Virus record (IMG/VR): IMGVR_UViG_3300046660_000716
Span: 1 to 64,000 of that record
Length of the DNA stretch: 64,000 bases
Direction: 5' to 3' (one strand)
Of this stretch, positions 17,170 to 27,350 are shown in pieces. Every line of letters starts with the position of its first letter. The first letter of the stretch is position 1. A model generated the notes under the pieces. The model saw only the letters and a list, made by a program, of their open reading frames with translations. It was not told the DNA's origin and searched no databases. Made by a program: the position numbers and the translations under genes.

Positions 17170-18000
17170 CTACGCCACGGCCTTTCGGTACGCGTCGCAG
17201 GTCCCGGCCGGCAGGAGGACGATGCCGCGCTTGTAGGCATCGCTGAAGTGGTCCAGGCCATTGGACCCGCCGTTGACGATCCGGCGCGCGTGGCGCAGGT
17301 CGCCCTCGAGCAGCGCGTGCTTGGCCTCGACCACGTGGTCGCTGATGAACGCTGCCAGAATCAGGCCGGCGTACTTGGCGTCGCACGCCAGCGCCGGGTT
17401 GGCGGCCAGGTCCGCGCCGACCACCTTGCCGTACTTGATGTAGTTGTCGCGGCCGGTCAGCTGGACGTAGCCGCCGCCCGGGAAGCTCGCGCCGTCGCCG
17501 AACGCGCCGCCCCGGTTGCCGAGGTCGCGGCGGTTGTCGTACAGGTCGTATGGCTTGCCGCCCGGCGAGGTGTTGTACTTGCTGATGCCTTCCTTGATCG
17601 GCTGGAAGCCCTCGGTCTCGGCGCGGATCGTCGCCAGCGCCATCAGGATGACGGGGGCGTCGGTCAGCTTGAAGTATGCGAGGCCGGCCATCACGCCCGG
17701 CAGGTTCTTCTCGATGTTCGCGCGCGGCGTGACCGGGAACATCTTGGCCACGAGGTCGACGGTGAACAGGGAGGCGTCGTTCGCCACCAGGCCGGCGGAC
17801 AGGCCGAGCTCCGACTGCGTGCGCGGGCCGGCGACGCCGTCCGCGACGAGGCCGTGGGACTTCTGGAACGCCGTGACGGCGGCCGCCGTGCCCGGGCCGA
17901 ACTGGCCGTCCGGCAGGCCGCAGGGGAAGCCGGCGGCGGCCAGCGCGCGCTGCAGGGTCGCTACTTCGTCGCCGGTGCTGCCCAGGGTGAGTTGTGTCAT
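17170..18000 (-). CDS. modular endolysin: PG-binding domain plus glycoside hydrolase family 19
   Basis: DGQFGPGT..AVTAFQ..GLVADGVAGPRT (PG_binding_1); ATIRAET, GGGYVQLTGRDNY, RRIVNGGSNGL (GH19). Confidence 0.9.
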   Translation of the reverse strand: MTQLTLGSTGDEVATLQRALAAAGFPCGLPDGQFGPGTAAAVTAFQKSHGLVADGVAGPRTQSELGLSAGLVANDASLFTVDLVAKMFPVTPRANIEKNLPGVMAGLAYFKLTDAPVILMALATIRAETEGFQPIKEGISKYNTSPGGKPYDLYDNRRDLGNRGGAFGDGASFPGGGYVQLTGRDNYIKYGKVVGADLAANPALACDAKYAGLILAAFISDHVVEAKHALLEGDLRHARRIVNGGSNGLDHFSDAYKRGIVLLPAGTCDAYRKAVA

Positions 18001-18128
18001 GTCGATGAACCTCCATAAAGTTGTCAATCTGATGTTGCAGCAGGGCCGGCCCTCCGCCCCGATCGGCCTTCGTGGCCACAATCGCGGGACGCCAAACAAC
18101 CGAATAGAAAACTCGCCTGGACAACAAA

Positions 18129-20123
18129 ATGCTCACTCCCCCTAACTACGTCGATCTCTTCGATCGTCTGTACCCGGAGCAGCAGCTGACCGGCCTGACG
18201 GACGACGGACAGATCACCGTCGAGGAGCTGAACCAGAGATACGCCATCCAGCGCGCCAACCAGCGCACGATGATGACGGCCCTACAGGGCATCTGGCAGG
18301 CGCTCCCCGACGGCTCCCGCTTCGGCGACTTCGTGGCCCCCTTCTGGGAGGTCGCAGTCAGCCGCGTGTGGAACCTGGACGCGCCGCAGGTCGCGCTGCT
18401 CACCTACCGCCACGGCTTCGACGCCGCCGGCACCGGTCTGGACTTCCCCGAGGAGCGCATCGCGCTCCGCATGAACGACCTGGGCGGCGCCGAGTTCGGC
18501 AACGCCGCGGAGGTCCTGGTCTTCGTGGACGGCCGCCTCGTCGGCCCGTCGGCGTATCTGCTGAGCTCGGTCCAGGGCGGCTTCACCGTCTACCTGAAGA
18601 AGGAGGTCGGCGTCCGCGACGTGCCTATCCGCGTCGTCGCTCTCCGCAAGTTCGGCGAGCGCGGCGTCACGCACGGCGCGTCTCCGATGCTGTCGGCCGG
18701 CGCGGGCGACCCGTCCTCGGGCTACCCGATCACCGTGCAGGACCTGGGCGCATACGGTCCCGTGATGGACATCCGGTACTACCACCTGTTCACCCGGACC
18801 CCCGGAGACCAGTTCTTCCGCCCCGTGGACCTGGCCAAGTTCGTGGCCCGCGCGGACGACGCGACCCCGGCCGCCCTGTTCCTCTACCTGGACCAGGTGG
18901 TGGCGGGCCAGCTCTTCATCGTCGTCAACGTCGCGTCCTTCTGGAAGGCCGAGTACGAGACCCTCGTCACCGACGCCTCCGACGTGTGGCGCGTGAAGCT
19001 GACGTACCCGGACGGCCAGCCCGCCCCGGTGGCGCGCATCGAGGACGTGGACGTGTGGCTGGACGGCCGCCTGCTGCGCCCGAGCGTGGACTTCTGGCTG
19101 TCCTGGAACCGGCGCAACCCGACCAAGCCTCCGCACCTGATCTTCAAGGGCATCCCTCCGGGGCAGCGCCACCTCTTCGTGATCGCGAACGCCCCGTACG
19201 ACCAGGAGCTCGAGCTGACCATCGACGAGCCGGGCACCATCACCGACCCGCGCGCGATCTACGACCTGCCGCGAGCCCAGCACCTGCTGCGCCTGGTGGA
19301 CAACGTGGGCATCGCCTCCACGGGCGGCTACGTCGACAGCGTGGGCGACAGCATCAAGGTCGTCGCCGAGAACATCGGCGTGCACCTGAAGGGTCTGAGC
19401 GACGACCGGGAGCTGAAGTTCCGCGCCCGCTTCGTCTGGCCCCCGGGCCTGCTGGCCGCCGCCCTCCAGGGCTCGGTCGCGCAGACCCCGCTGGAGCGCC
19501 TCGTCGAGATGCTGCAGCCGTCCGGCGGCTTCGGCGTGGACTTCGTGGACAAGTACCGCGGCGAGAACCCGACCCCGGTGCCGCACCTGGACTACCGCCC
19601 CGAGACACGCCCCGGCTACTTCGGCGCGGGCTACTTCTGGACGCGAGACGAGCAGGCCGCGGCCCGCACGGCGTACGTGGCGGTGGACTGCCGCCCAGGC
19701 CAGAACGAGCACTTCGACCCCTGGCGCCAGGGCGGCGCGGACGGCCACGTGCTGTTCGACTGCCGCGTGCAGCCCGAGGTCCTGGTGGACGCCCGCGACG
19801 GCGCCGCCTCGATCTCGTACATCAACTCGCTGGACGCCCGGGAGGGCCACGGCAGCGGGCTGGCCGACTTCCGCTACGACACCGTGGGCCTCGTGCTCGA
19901 CGGCAGGTACGAGGGGGAGACCGGCCTGGTGGACGCCCGCAACGGCGGCTCCGTGAGTCTGCCCCAGCAGTTCTGGGGCCAGGCCGCGGCCCAGACCGGG
20001 AGCATCGACTTCCGCGAGGGCGCAGCCGACCAGCTGTCCGTCCGCCCGACCGACCCGGCCACGTGGCCCGACTGGGCTCGCCTGCACACGACCTCACTCT
20101 CGCTCGACTTCCGCGAGCAATGA
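18129..20123 (+). CDS. putative virion structural protein with C-terminal DxR repeats
   Basis: 664 aa; VFVDGRL and VWLDGRLL beta motifs; start of the fibre gene block. Confidence 0.6.
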   Translation: MLTPPNYVDLFDRLYPEQQLTGLTDDGQITVEELNQRYAIQRANQRTMMTALQGIWQALPDGSRFGDFVAPFWEVAVSRVWNLDAPQVALLTYRHGFDAAGTGLDFPEERIALRMNDLGGAEFGNAAEVLVFVDGRLVGPSAYLLSSVQGGFTVYLKKEVGVRDVPIRVVALRKFGERGVTHGASPMLSAGAGDPSSGYPITVQDLGAYGPVMDIRYYHLFTRTPGDQFFRPVDLAKFVARADDATPAALFLYLDQVVAGQLFIVVNVASFWKAEYETLVTDASDVWRVKLTYPDGQPAPVARIEDVDVWLDGRLLRPSVDFWLSWNRRNPTKPPHLIFKGIPPGQRHLFVIANAPYDQELELTIDEPGTITDPRAIYDLPRAQHLLRLVDNVGIASTGGYVDSVGDSIKVVAENIGVHLKGLSDDRELKFRARFVWPPGLLAAALQGSVAQTPLERLVEMLQPSGGFGVDFVDKYRGENPTPVPHLDYRPETRPGYFGAGYFWTRDEQAAARTAYVAVDCRPGQNEHFDPWRQGGADGHVLFDCRVQPEVLVDARDGAASISYINSLDAREGHGSGLADFRYDTVGLVLDGRYEGETGLVDARNGGSVSLPQQFWGQAAAQTGSIDFREGAADQLSVRPTDPATWPDWARLHTTSLSLDFREQ

Positions 20124-20150
20124 CAAACCCTCACACTACGAAGGCCCAAC

Positions 20151-21095
20151 ATGTCCCGCATCCAGTTTAAACTTTGGGAAGCGCCGCTGGCGACCCTGCA
20201 GCAACCGTACCCGACCGGCCTGGCCGAGGGCGAGGTCGCGATCGCCGCCGAGTCAGGCGCGATCTTCAAGCGTCCTGACAACCAGCCCGTCGCGCCGCTG
20301 GTGCAGGTCGGCCTGCCGGACCTGGGCGCCGGTTTCGCCGTCGATCCGGCCACGGGCAAGATCATCATCTCGGCCGAGTCGCTGGCTCAGGTGCTGACCC
20401 CGGCGTCGATCGGCGACGTGCTGACGCCAGAGGTGCTGGCCGCCGCGCTGACCCCGGAGGCTGTACTGGCAGCCATTCCGGTCGCCGGTCCGAACCAGGC
20501 CGGCTTGGTCAAGCCCGGCAACCAGTTCACGATCGACGCCAACGGCTTTCTGGTCTACAACGGCGGGGGCGGCGGTGCCGGCGGAGCTGCCGACACAGCG
20601 GCCAAGCTGCTGACGGCGCGCGCCATCCAGCTGACCGGCGATGTGACCGGCGCCGTGCAGTTCGACGGTTCGATCGACGTGGCCATTGTCACCCACATCG
20701 ACCAGGCGGCCATCGCCGCCGCCGTGAGCTCGGCCCAGGCCGGCGCCGCGCTGACCGAGGTGTCGTACACCGCGAACACCACGCTGCAGGCTAGCGACAT
20801 CGGCAAGCTGATCAACAACATCGGCGCGACCGCCGCCGTCCAGCTGCAGCTGCCGTCCGCGTCGGCCGTCGGCTTCAAGGGCGCCAGCTTCGAGGTCGCC
20901 AAGGTCGTAGACCAGACGATCGGCTTCAAGGCCGCCGCAGGTCAGTTCATCATGGACTCCTCGGCTGGCGGCACCCTGACCAACTCGACCGGCGGCGAGC
21001 TGCTGTCGACCGTCAAGATCCGCTCGACGAACTGCGGCGGCGGCGTGTACAAGTGGGCGATCGTCGCCGGCTTCGGCACCTGGACCACCGCGTAA
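20151..21095 (+). CDS. tail fibre-like protein
   Basis: ADTAAKLLTARAIQLTGDVTGAVQFDGS fibre motif, AGLVKPG, Gly linker. Confidence 0.7.
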   Translation: MSRIQFKLWEAPLATLQQPYPTGLAEGEVAIAAESGAIFKRPDNQPVAPLVQVGLPDLGAGFAVDPATGKIIISAESLAQVLTPASIGDVLTPEVLAAALTPEAVLAAIPVAGPNQAGLVKPGNQFTIDANGFLVYNGGGGGAGGAADTAAKLLTARAIQLTGDVTGAVQFDGSIDVAIVTHIDQAAIAAAVSSAQAGAALTEVSYTANTTLQASDIGKLINNIGATAAVQLQLPSASAVGFKGASFEVAKVVDQTIGFKAAAGQFIMDSSAGGTLTNSTGGELLSTVKIRSTNCGGGVYKWAIVAGFGTWTTA

Positions 21096-21131
21096 TCGCG
21101 CCCGACAACCCACAACTCTAGGAAGACAGAC

Positions 21132-21593
21132 ATGTCCGATACCGTCCGCCAGTACCTCACGTACATCCCGCAGTACGTCCGCAACTCCGACTTCCCGGGC
21201 GGCGCGTACGTCGACCCGCGCGCCTACTTCGAGCTGAACTTCGGCCCGACCGAGACGCTGAACACCGACGAGCACTTCTCGCGCCACTACAACGGCCAGG
21301 ACTGCCGCACCCTCGCCTGGGTCGACGGTCCAGACGACCACCTGTCCACCGGCAGCACCATCACCGTGGCGCAGATGGCCGCGGACCAGGGTCTGCGCAG
21401 CTTCTGCTCGCAGACGTTGACCATCGAAGAGGCCCTCGAAATCGCCAAGGCGTTCTCGCCTGCCCGCGAGAACACCTTCCCGAACTGGATGCCGGGCGGC
21501 GGCGACATCACCGTCACGTACTCGGAGTGCCGCATTGAGGCCGGTGCGATCGTCCAGGACCGCACCTCGGTGGTGGCTTCGGTGGAGGGCTAA
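21132..21593 (+). CDS. hypothetical protein (possible fibre chaperone)
   Basis: 153 aa, AGGA RBS, follows the fibre gene. Confidence 0.65.
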   Translation: MSDTVRQYLTYIPQYVRNSDFPGGAYVDPRAYFELNFGPTETLNTDEHFSRHYNGQDCRTLAWVDGPDDHLSTGSTITVAQMAADQGLRSFCSQTLTIEEALEIAKAFSPARENTFPNWMPGGGDITVTYSECRIEAGAIVQDRTSVVASVEG

Positions 21594-21597
21594 TCCC

Positions 21598-22848
21598 ATG
21601 ACCACATTCAAAATGGGGCTGGCGCCTTCTGCGGGCGCCAGCGATCAGATCATCCTGACGGGCCAGACGGTGGACGTCTCGATGGTGCCGGGCGATCCGA
21701 CCTACAAGGATGCCGGCGGGACCTGGAAGAAGGCCACGGCCGCCACGCTCGTTCCCGAGGGCGTAGTAGGTCCGTCGGCCAACAGCGTGGTCACCTTCGG
21801 CCGCGCCTCGCTGCTTTCCGGCCTAAACATCGGAAGCATGTACTACCTCGCGGCGACCGGCGGTCTGACGCTCACACAAACCACGGTCAAAATCGGCGTC
21901 GCCTTTAGCGCAACCGAGCTCCTGGTTGACATCGACACAGATGCCACTGCGGGTGCCTATGCCGGCAAGGCAGCATACATCGCTGGCGGCTACAACTCTG
22001 GTCAAACGCCTACGCGCGGCACGACCACTGAGAAGCTGACGTTCGCCACGGAGATCGTCAATTCGCAGGGCGTCACGATCTCCAACGGTCGCGCCAACGG
22101 CATGTCGCACGTGTCGTCCTCGGCGGGCTACGTGGCCGGCGGCTTCGGCGTGGCCAATCTGACGTACGTGGACAAGATGCCGTTCGCCACGGAAGTGTAC
22201 GCGCTGATCGCCGGTCGCAACAGCAACTCGTGCAACAGCAACGGCGCATCTGCATCGAGCTCGTCCGCAGGTTACACGCTGAGCGGCCAGGGCACTGTCG
22301 TCACCGAGTCGACGAACCGCGCGAAAATGCCGTTCTCCACGGAGGTGACAGCGCTGCTGTCAGCAGCTGGCGCACAGGCTCGTCTTTTGGATGCTGGCAC
22401 GCAGTCCAGCACGGCAGCCTATTCCGGCGGCGGCCAGACGGCGGATGGTTCGGGGCAATATTCGAGCATCGATCGCATGGTGTTTTCTACCGAGACCACC
22501 ACGAACAACGCCAGCAGCATGACCCGTTCCGGCTCAGTCCTGTCGGCATGTAGCTCGCTGGTCGCAGGTTACTACCACTCGAATAGTTCTCCGAACAGCA
22601 CGCTGATGAACAAGTTGACGTTTGCAACGGACACAGCTGCAACCGTGAACGTGGGAACCGCCGCATTGACGGCCACGTCGTCGGGCGGTGCGACAGCATC
22701 AAGCACTGCTGGCTACATCATCATGGGTAGCAGCACCGGCGGAACCATCTTGAACAAACTGGCCTTCGTAAGTGACACCGTCGCCTTGAGCACCGCGCAG
22801 CTCGTGCTGGGCCGCGTATCGCCGTTCATGTTTGCCAACCTGTCGTAG
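21598..22848 (+). CDS. Kelch-like beta-propeller virion/fibre protein, paralog 1
   Basis: N-terminal GLxxGxxYYL...KIGVAFSATELLVDI domain; six GYxxGG...(D/E)K(L/M)xFxT(E/D) repeats. Confidence 0.75.
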   Translation: MTTFKMGLAPSAGASDQIILTGQTVDVSMVPGDPTYKDAGGTWKKATAATLVPEGVVGPSANSVVTFGRASLLSGLNIGSMYYLAATGGLTLTQTTVKIGVAFSATELLVDIDTDATAGAYAGKAAYIAGGYNSGQTPTRGTTTEKLTFATEIVNSQGVTISNGRANGMSHVSSSAGYVAGGFGVANLTYVDKMPFATEVYALIAGRNSNSCNSNGASASSSSAGYTLSGQGTVVTESTNRAKMPFSTEVTALLSAAGAQARLLDAGTQSSTAAYSGGGQTADGSGQYSSIDRMVFSTETTTNNASSMTRSGSVLSACSSLVAGYYHSNSSPNSTLMNKLTFATDTAATVNVGTAALTATSSGGATASSTAGYIIMGSSTGGTILNKLAFVSDTVALSTAQLVLGRVSPFMFANLS

Positions 22849-22936
22849 CACTTCGGCCCCTCCGGAGCTTCCAACCGGAGGGATCGAACGTACCATTGTA
22901 GCGCCCCACAAAAACACACAGCAGAAAGATCCGGAA

Positions 22937-23683
22937 ATGACCACCCAAGACAGCAAGCAGCTCTCCATCGTCACCGTCGAAGACACGGCCAGCGTCCGCT
23001 ACGCCGATCTGCTGGCCCTGGTGCCGTTCGGCCAGTCGAAGTACCAGACCGAGCAGTTCCTGGTGAACCAGCACCGCACGCCCCACCGCCAGCTGCGCCA
23101 GATCCTGCTGCAGTACGACCAGCTGTGCTACACGCTGATCGGCAGCCAGAACAAGCAGGCCCAGACCGCGCTGGACCTGGACGACAAGCAGAACCAGATC
23201 GACCGCCTGGAGCACAAGATGGCAAAAGGCGACTTCGACAAATTCGACACGCGCGACGCGGAGATCAAGATCAGCAAACTCCGGCTGGAGATCGAAGAGA
23301 TCAACGTCGGCCGCCAGCAAGGCGCCAAGATGCTGGATGACGCGTTTGCGGAGAAAAAAACCTTCGAGAACGCGCTCGCCAAGGTCATTCCCGAGGTGCA
23401 GGCCCTCGAAGCCCAGGGCATCACCTTCGACGTGGCCGAGAAGGGCTACTGGTCGGAGCGATTCCTGGAGGATGCGCGTCTGACGCTGTTCGGCATCAAG
23501 ACCGGTCACCAGGTCGACAAGGAAATCATGCGCGCGATCACGCAGATGGAGCCGGAGGGCCGCGCCGCATTCATGCAGGGCCTCGGCATGGACCCACAGC
23601 TCCTGGAGCAGAGCGGTCTTCTCGACAAGCCGGTGCTGAAGCTCAGCGCACCATCGGCGCCTGAAGCGCCGCGACTCACCTAA
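22937..23683 (+). CDS. hypothetical coiled-coil protein
   Basis: 248 aa helical protein between propeller genes. Confidence 0.7.
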   Translation: MTTQDSKQLSIVTVEDTASVRYADLLALVPFGQSKYQTEQFLVNQHRTPHRQLRQILLQYDQLCYTLIGSQNKQAQTALDLDDKQNQIDRLEHKMAKGDFDKFDTRDAEIKISKLRLEIEEINVGRQQGAKMLDDAFAEKKTFENALAKVIPEVQALEAQGITFDVAEKGYWSERFLEDARLTLFGIKTGHQVDKEIMRAITQMEPEGRAAFMQGLGMDPQLLEQSGLLDKPVLKLSAPSAPEAPRLT

Positions 23684-23738
23684 CCAACACCCACGGTCCG
23701 CTCGTTTCCACGAGCGGGCCACAACCTGGAGTCCAAGA

Positions 23739-24974
23739 ATGACGACCTACACCAATGGCCCATCGGCTGCTGCCGCCAGCGGCGACGCTTTGATTCTGAC
23801 AGGCCAGAACACCGAAGGCAGCGGCCAGCCTGTCTACATGGACAACGCGACCGGCATCTGGAAGTTGGCCACCTCGTCCACACCGCGTCCGAGCGGCTTT
23901 TCCGCCGGCTCCGGAGCCGGGTCGAATGTCTACCTCGGTGGTCGCGTTCCTGGCTTCAGCGCCCTGTCGGTCGGCGCATCCTACTGGCTGCTGGACGGCG
24001 GCGGCATCGGCCTTTCGCCTGGCTCCATCCAGACCCGCATCGGCACCGCGATCAGTGCGACCGAGCTGTTGCTGGACATCGAGTTCTTCAGCTCGAATCC
24101 GACTGGCGTGGCGGGCTACACCGCACAGGGCGGCCCGTCGAACGCCAGTGGTTACCTGGACAAGATGCCTTTCTCCACCGAAGTGAACGCGCGTATTGGC
24201 ACCCAAGCCACCGCAGGCCGCTACTATGCCAGCGCGGTTTCCTCGTCGGTGGCCGGCTACGTTGTCGACGGCGGACAGGACTACAAGTCGTCCATCGACA
24301 AGCTGGCGTTCTCCACGGACGTGAGCGCCTTGATCGCCAGTCAGGCTGCGCCCGGCCACTATGCCGCGTTTTCTGGATGCATGAGTCCTACGGCCGGCTA
24401 CATTGCCGGCGGCTGGAATCCAAATATCTACACCTCCATCAAGGTTCTGACCTTCAGCAATGACGTGGTCAGCACGCTGAACGGTGCTCTGATCTCGCAG
24501 AATGCCACGTGGGGTGCCGGCTTTGCGAACTCGGCAAATGCATGGTTTGCTGGCGGTTTCGACCTGAATACAGGCCAGGGCATCTCGTACATCGTCCAGC
24601 TTCCATTCGCCACAAACACCCCCAGCCTCCTCGGTTCGACGCTGGTGTCGCAGGGTGGCCGCCAGGGTCCGATCGCTTATTCGTCTACCACTGGTTACAC
24701 CGGCGGCGGCGCCTCTGCCGTGGGAACTCGGGTTGACAAGTTTGTCTATGCGACCCTTGTTACCAGTGCTATCGGCCCAGGTGTGCCTCAACCGCTCACC
24801 GGTGGTCCGGCGTCCTTCGGCAACAGCCTGACTGGATACGCCGCGGGCGGACAGCAAGCCTCGTCGCTCTACAAGATGAGCTTCGCCACCGAGGGCACCT
24901 GGAGTATCCTCGGTGCACAAGTCACATCCACGTCGACCGTCGACAATACCGGCTTCGCGAACAACGGCGGCTAA
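23739..24974 (+). CDS. Kelch-like beta-propeller virion/fibre protein, paralog 2
   Basis: same N-terminal domain (RIGTAISATELLLDI) and repeats. Confidence 0.75.
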   Translation: MTTYTNGPSAAAASGDALILTGQNTEGSGQPVYMDNATGIWKLATSSTPRPSGFSAGSGAGSNVYLGGRVPGFSALSVGASYWLLDGGGIGLSPGSIQTRIGTAISATELLLDIEFFSSNPTGVAGYTAQGGPSNASGYLDKMPFSTEVNARIGTQATAGRYYASAVSSSVAGYVVDGGQDYKSSIDKLAFSTDVSALIASQAAPGHYAAFSGCMSPTAGYIAGGWNPNIYTSIKVLTFSNDVVSTLNGALISQNATWGAGFANSANAWFAGGFDLNTGQGISYIVQLPFATNTPSLLGSTLVSQGGRQGPIAYSSTTGYTGGGASAVGTRVDKFVYATLVTSAIGPGVPQPLTGGPASFGNSLTGYAAGGQQASSLYKMSFATEGTWSILGAQVTSTSTVDNTGFANNGG

Positions 24975-24986
24975 CCTAGGATCGTC

Positions 24987-26048
24987 ATGCACATCATCAT
25001 TCACTGCGATTCCATCCCGTTCGGCATGCGCTCCCTCGAGACGCACCCGCTGGGCGGGACCGAGTCGTCCGTCATCTCCCTGTCGCGTGAGCTCGCGCTG
25101 CTTGGCCACCAGGTCACGGTCGTGGCCAAGTGCCCGACGTACGAGTTCGCCGACGGTGTCGAGGTGATCCCCGCCGCCTCCGTCGACATGAAGCGCCTCT
25201 CCGGCGACGTCTTCGTGTCCGTGCGCGACGCGGGCGCCGTCCTGGCAATCGATCGGTCGAACTTCGGCAAAGTCGTCTTCTGGAGCCACGACGTCATGCA
25301 GCACCCGGCGTCGGAGCACCTGCTGAACGACACAGGCGGAGCGGTCTCGGAGCGCATCGACGCCATCGTGCTCGTGTCAGACTTCGTGCAGAGCCAGCTG
25401 CGCATCCAGCGCCAGCCGCATCTGCGCGACAAGCTGCACGTCATCCGCAACGGCGTGGACGACCGGTTCCTGGTCGAGCGCCCCGAGGGCGACGGGCTGC
25501 TGCACTGCACCTACCACTCCATGCCGTACCGCGGCCTGGTGTATCTGCTCGACGCGTGGCAGGCCATCCAGGCCGCCGTGCCGGAGGCCCGCCTTCACCT
25601 GCGCACCGGCAACCAGATCTACGGCGGGGGCGACGCCGAGAACCAGTGGCTCTGGAACCGGGCGAAGCGCGTGGGCGCCGAGCTGCATGGCCCTGTGTGT
25701 CAGAGGGATCTCATGGCCTCGCTGGCGGGCATGGACCTACACCTCTACCCGACCGACTTCGTCGAGTCCAGCTGCACGGCGACCATGATGTCCCTCGCCT
25801 CGGGCTGCGCAGTCGTGGCCACCGACCTGGGCGCGCTGAACGAGCAAGTGGACGGGACCAACGGCAAGCTCATCGACGGCCACCCTGGAACAAAGGGATA
25901 TGCGCAGGAGTTCGTCGCCACGACCGTCTCGATCCTGGCGGACCGTGCGCGCCTCCGGGCGATGCAGGACAAGGCCCGCACCTCCATGGCGGGACAGACG
26001 TGGAAACGGCGCGCCCAGCAGTGGGTCGCCATGATCGAAGGACTCTGA
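24987..26048 (+). CDS. GT-B fold glycosyltransferase (family 4-like)
   Basis: LGGTESSV, GHQVTV, WSHD, VIRNGVD, ESSC..MMSLASG.AVVATDLGALNE. Confidence 0.88.
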   Translation: MHIIIHCDSIPFGMRSLETHPLGGTESSVISLSRELALLGHQVTVVAKCPTYEFADGVEVIPAASVDMKRLSGDVFVSVRDAGAVLAIDRSNFGKVVFWSHDVMQHPASEHLLNDTGGAVSERIDAIVLVSDFVQSQLRIQRQPHLRDKLHVIRNGVDDRFLVERPEGDGLLHCTYHSMPYRGLVYLLDAWQAIQAAVPEARLHLRTGNQIYGGGDAENQWLWNRAKRVGAELHGPVCQRDLMASLAGMDLHLYPTDFVESSCTATMMSLASGCAVVATDLGALNEQVDGTNGKLIDGHPGTKGYAQEFVATTVSILADRARLRAMQDKARTSMAGQTWKRRAQQWVAMIEGL

Positions 26049-26049
26049 T

Positions 26050-27273
26050 ATGACGATTTACAAACTGTGGAACGGCGGCGGTTCCGCCGCCTCTGGCGAC
26101 GCCGTTGTGCTTTCTGGCGTCAGCTACCAAGGCACGCCGGTGCAGGGCCAGCCGATGTACAAGATCGCAGGCAGCACCTGGGCCATCGCCACCAAGGACA
26201 CACCGCGCCCGTCCGGCGTGTACTCCGGCTCCGGCACCATCACGCTCTTGGGACATGTGACGGGGTTGAGCGGACTTACGCGCGGTGCCACGTACTATAT
26301 GGCCGACGCGGGCGGTCTCTCGGCTGTGCCCGGGGCCGCTGTGGTGAAGATGGGTGTAGCCATCAGCGCTACCGATTTTCAGGTAGACATCAATATTTCC
26401 ACTCCGTACGTGTCCACAGGCCAAGCGATGTATGCAACGTCGGGCGCGGCAGCCACCGGTAATTCGACTTACATCGATCGCCTGCAGTTCTCCACCGAGG
26501 TCGTGACGGGGCTGGCCGGCGGCGTCGGCCTTGTGGCGGCGTACGACACGAACGGCTTCGCCTCGCTGTCAGCGGGCTACCAGGTCGGCGGGGGCAACAA
26601 CACGTCCACGACGAACATCGCGAAGATGCCCTTCGCGACGGAAGTTCTGGCCATGGCAACAGTGAAGAATTTCACAGACACTCAGCTGGCCTCGTCGATG
26701 GCTTCCTCCACCACGGGGTACACCTGCGGCGGTCAGAGCGCGGCCAGCGGCACCTACGATTACCTCGCCAAGCTGGTCTTCTCAACGGACACGCCGAGCT
26801 CCGCGACGGCGCGTATGGCCGTCGGCCGTTACCAGGCGGCGGGCTTCTCCTCGTCGTCGGCCGGATATGCCGTGGGCGGTAACTTCGGTAGCTCCAGCAT
26901 CGAGAAGATGGCATTTTCCAACGAGGTGTCAGTCCTGCTTTCCGGCAACCTGCCGGCGACGCGGTACTACTCGACCGGGTTTGCGTCCCCCACCGCCGGC
27001 TACACGAGCGGTGGCGTGAGCCAGCTGCTCATCAACAAGCTCACGTTCGCGTCGGACACCAACGCCAACACGGGTGCGTCTCTCAGCCAGACGCGCTACT
27101 ACGAAATGTCATCAGCCTCGGGGCTCATCGGATACCTGGCGGGCGGTTACGCTTCCAGTGTACCCACCACGCGGATCGATAGATTGACCTTTGCGACCGA
27201 TGCACAATCGATCGTCAGCGCCAACCTGTCCGTTGCACGCTACTCTGGCTGCGCATTCGCCAACATGTCGTAG
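26050..27273 (+). CDS. Kelch-like beta-propeller virion/fibre protein, paralog 3
   Basis: same N-terminal domain (KMGVAISATDFQVDI) and repeats; ends FANMS like paralog 1 (FANLS). Confidence 0.75.
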   Translation: MTIYKLWNGGGSAASGDAVVLSGVSYQGTPVQGQPMYKIAGSTWAIATKDTPRPSGVYSGSGTITLLGHVTGLSGLTRGATYYMADAGGLSAVPGAAVVKMGVAISATDFQVDINISTPYVSTGQAMYATSGAAATGNSTYIDRLQFSTEVVTGLAGGVGLVAAYDTNGFASLSAGYQVGGGNNTSTTNIAKMPFATEVLAMATVKNFTDTQLASSMASSTTGYTCGGQSAASGTYDYLAKLVFSTDTPSSATARMAVGRYQAAGFSSSSAGYAVGGNFGSSSIEKMAFSNEVSVLLSGNLPATRYYSTGFASPTAGYTSGGVSQLLINKLTFASDTNANTGASLSQTRYYEMSSASGLIGYLAGGYASSVPTTRIDRLTFATDAQSIVSANLSVARYSGCAFANMS

Positions 27274-27350
27274 CAGCCGCAGCTCCAAAGGATGCCGAAC
27301 GGTCCATTGCGGCCGTTCGGCCCCTCCTTTCAACGAATCACGGACACGCC

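Noticed and set aside
18368-20170. Long Arg/Pro/Gly-rich same-strand alternative-frame ORFs (also 2951..4501, 40545..42431)
   Set aside because: Frame-shifted by-products of GC3 bias
21598-27273. Diversity-generating retroelement acting on the propeller paralogs
   Set aside because: No reverse transcriptase and no near-identical template/variable repeat pair seen; paralogs are diverged throughout
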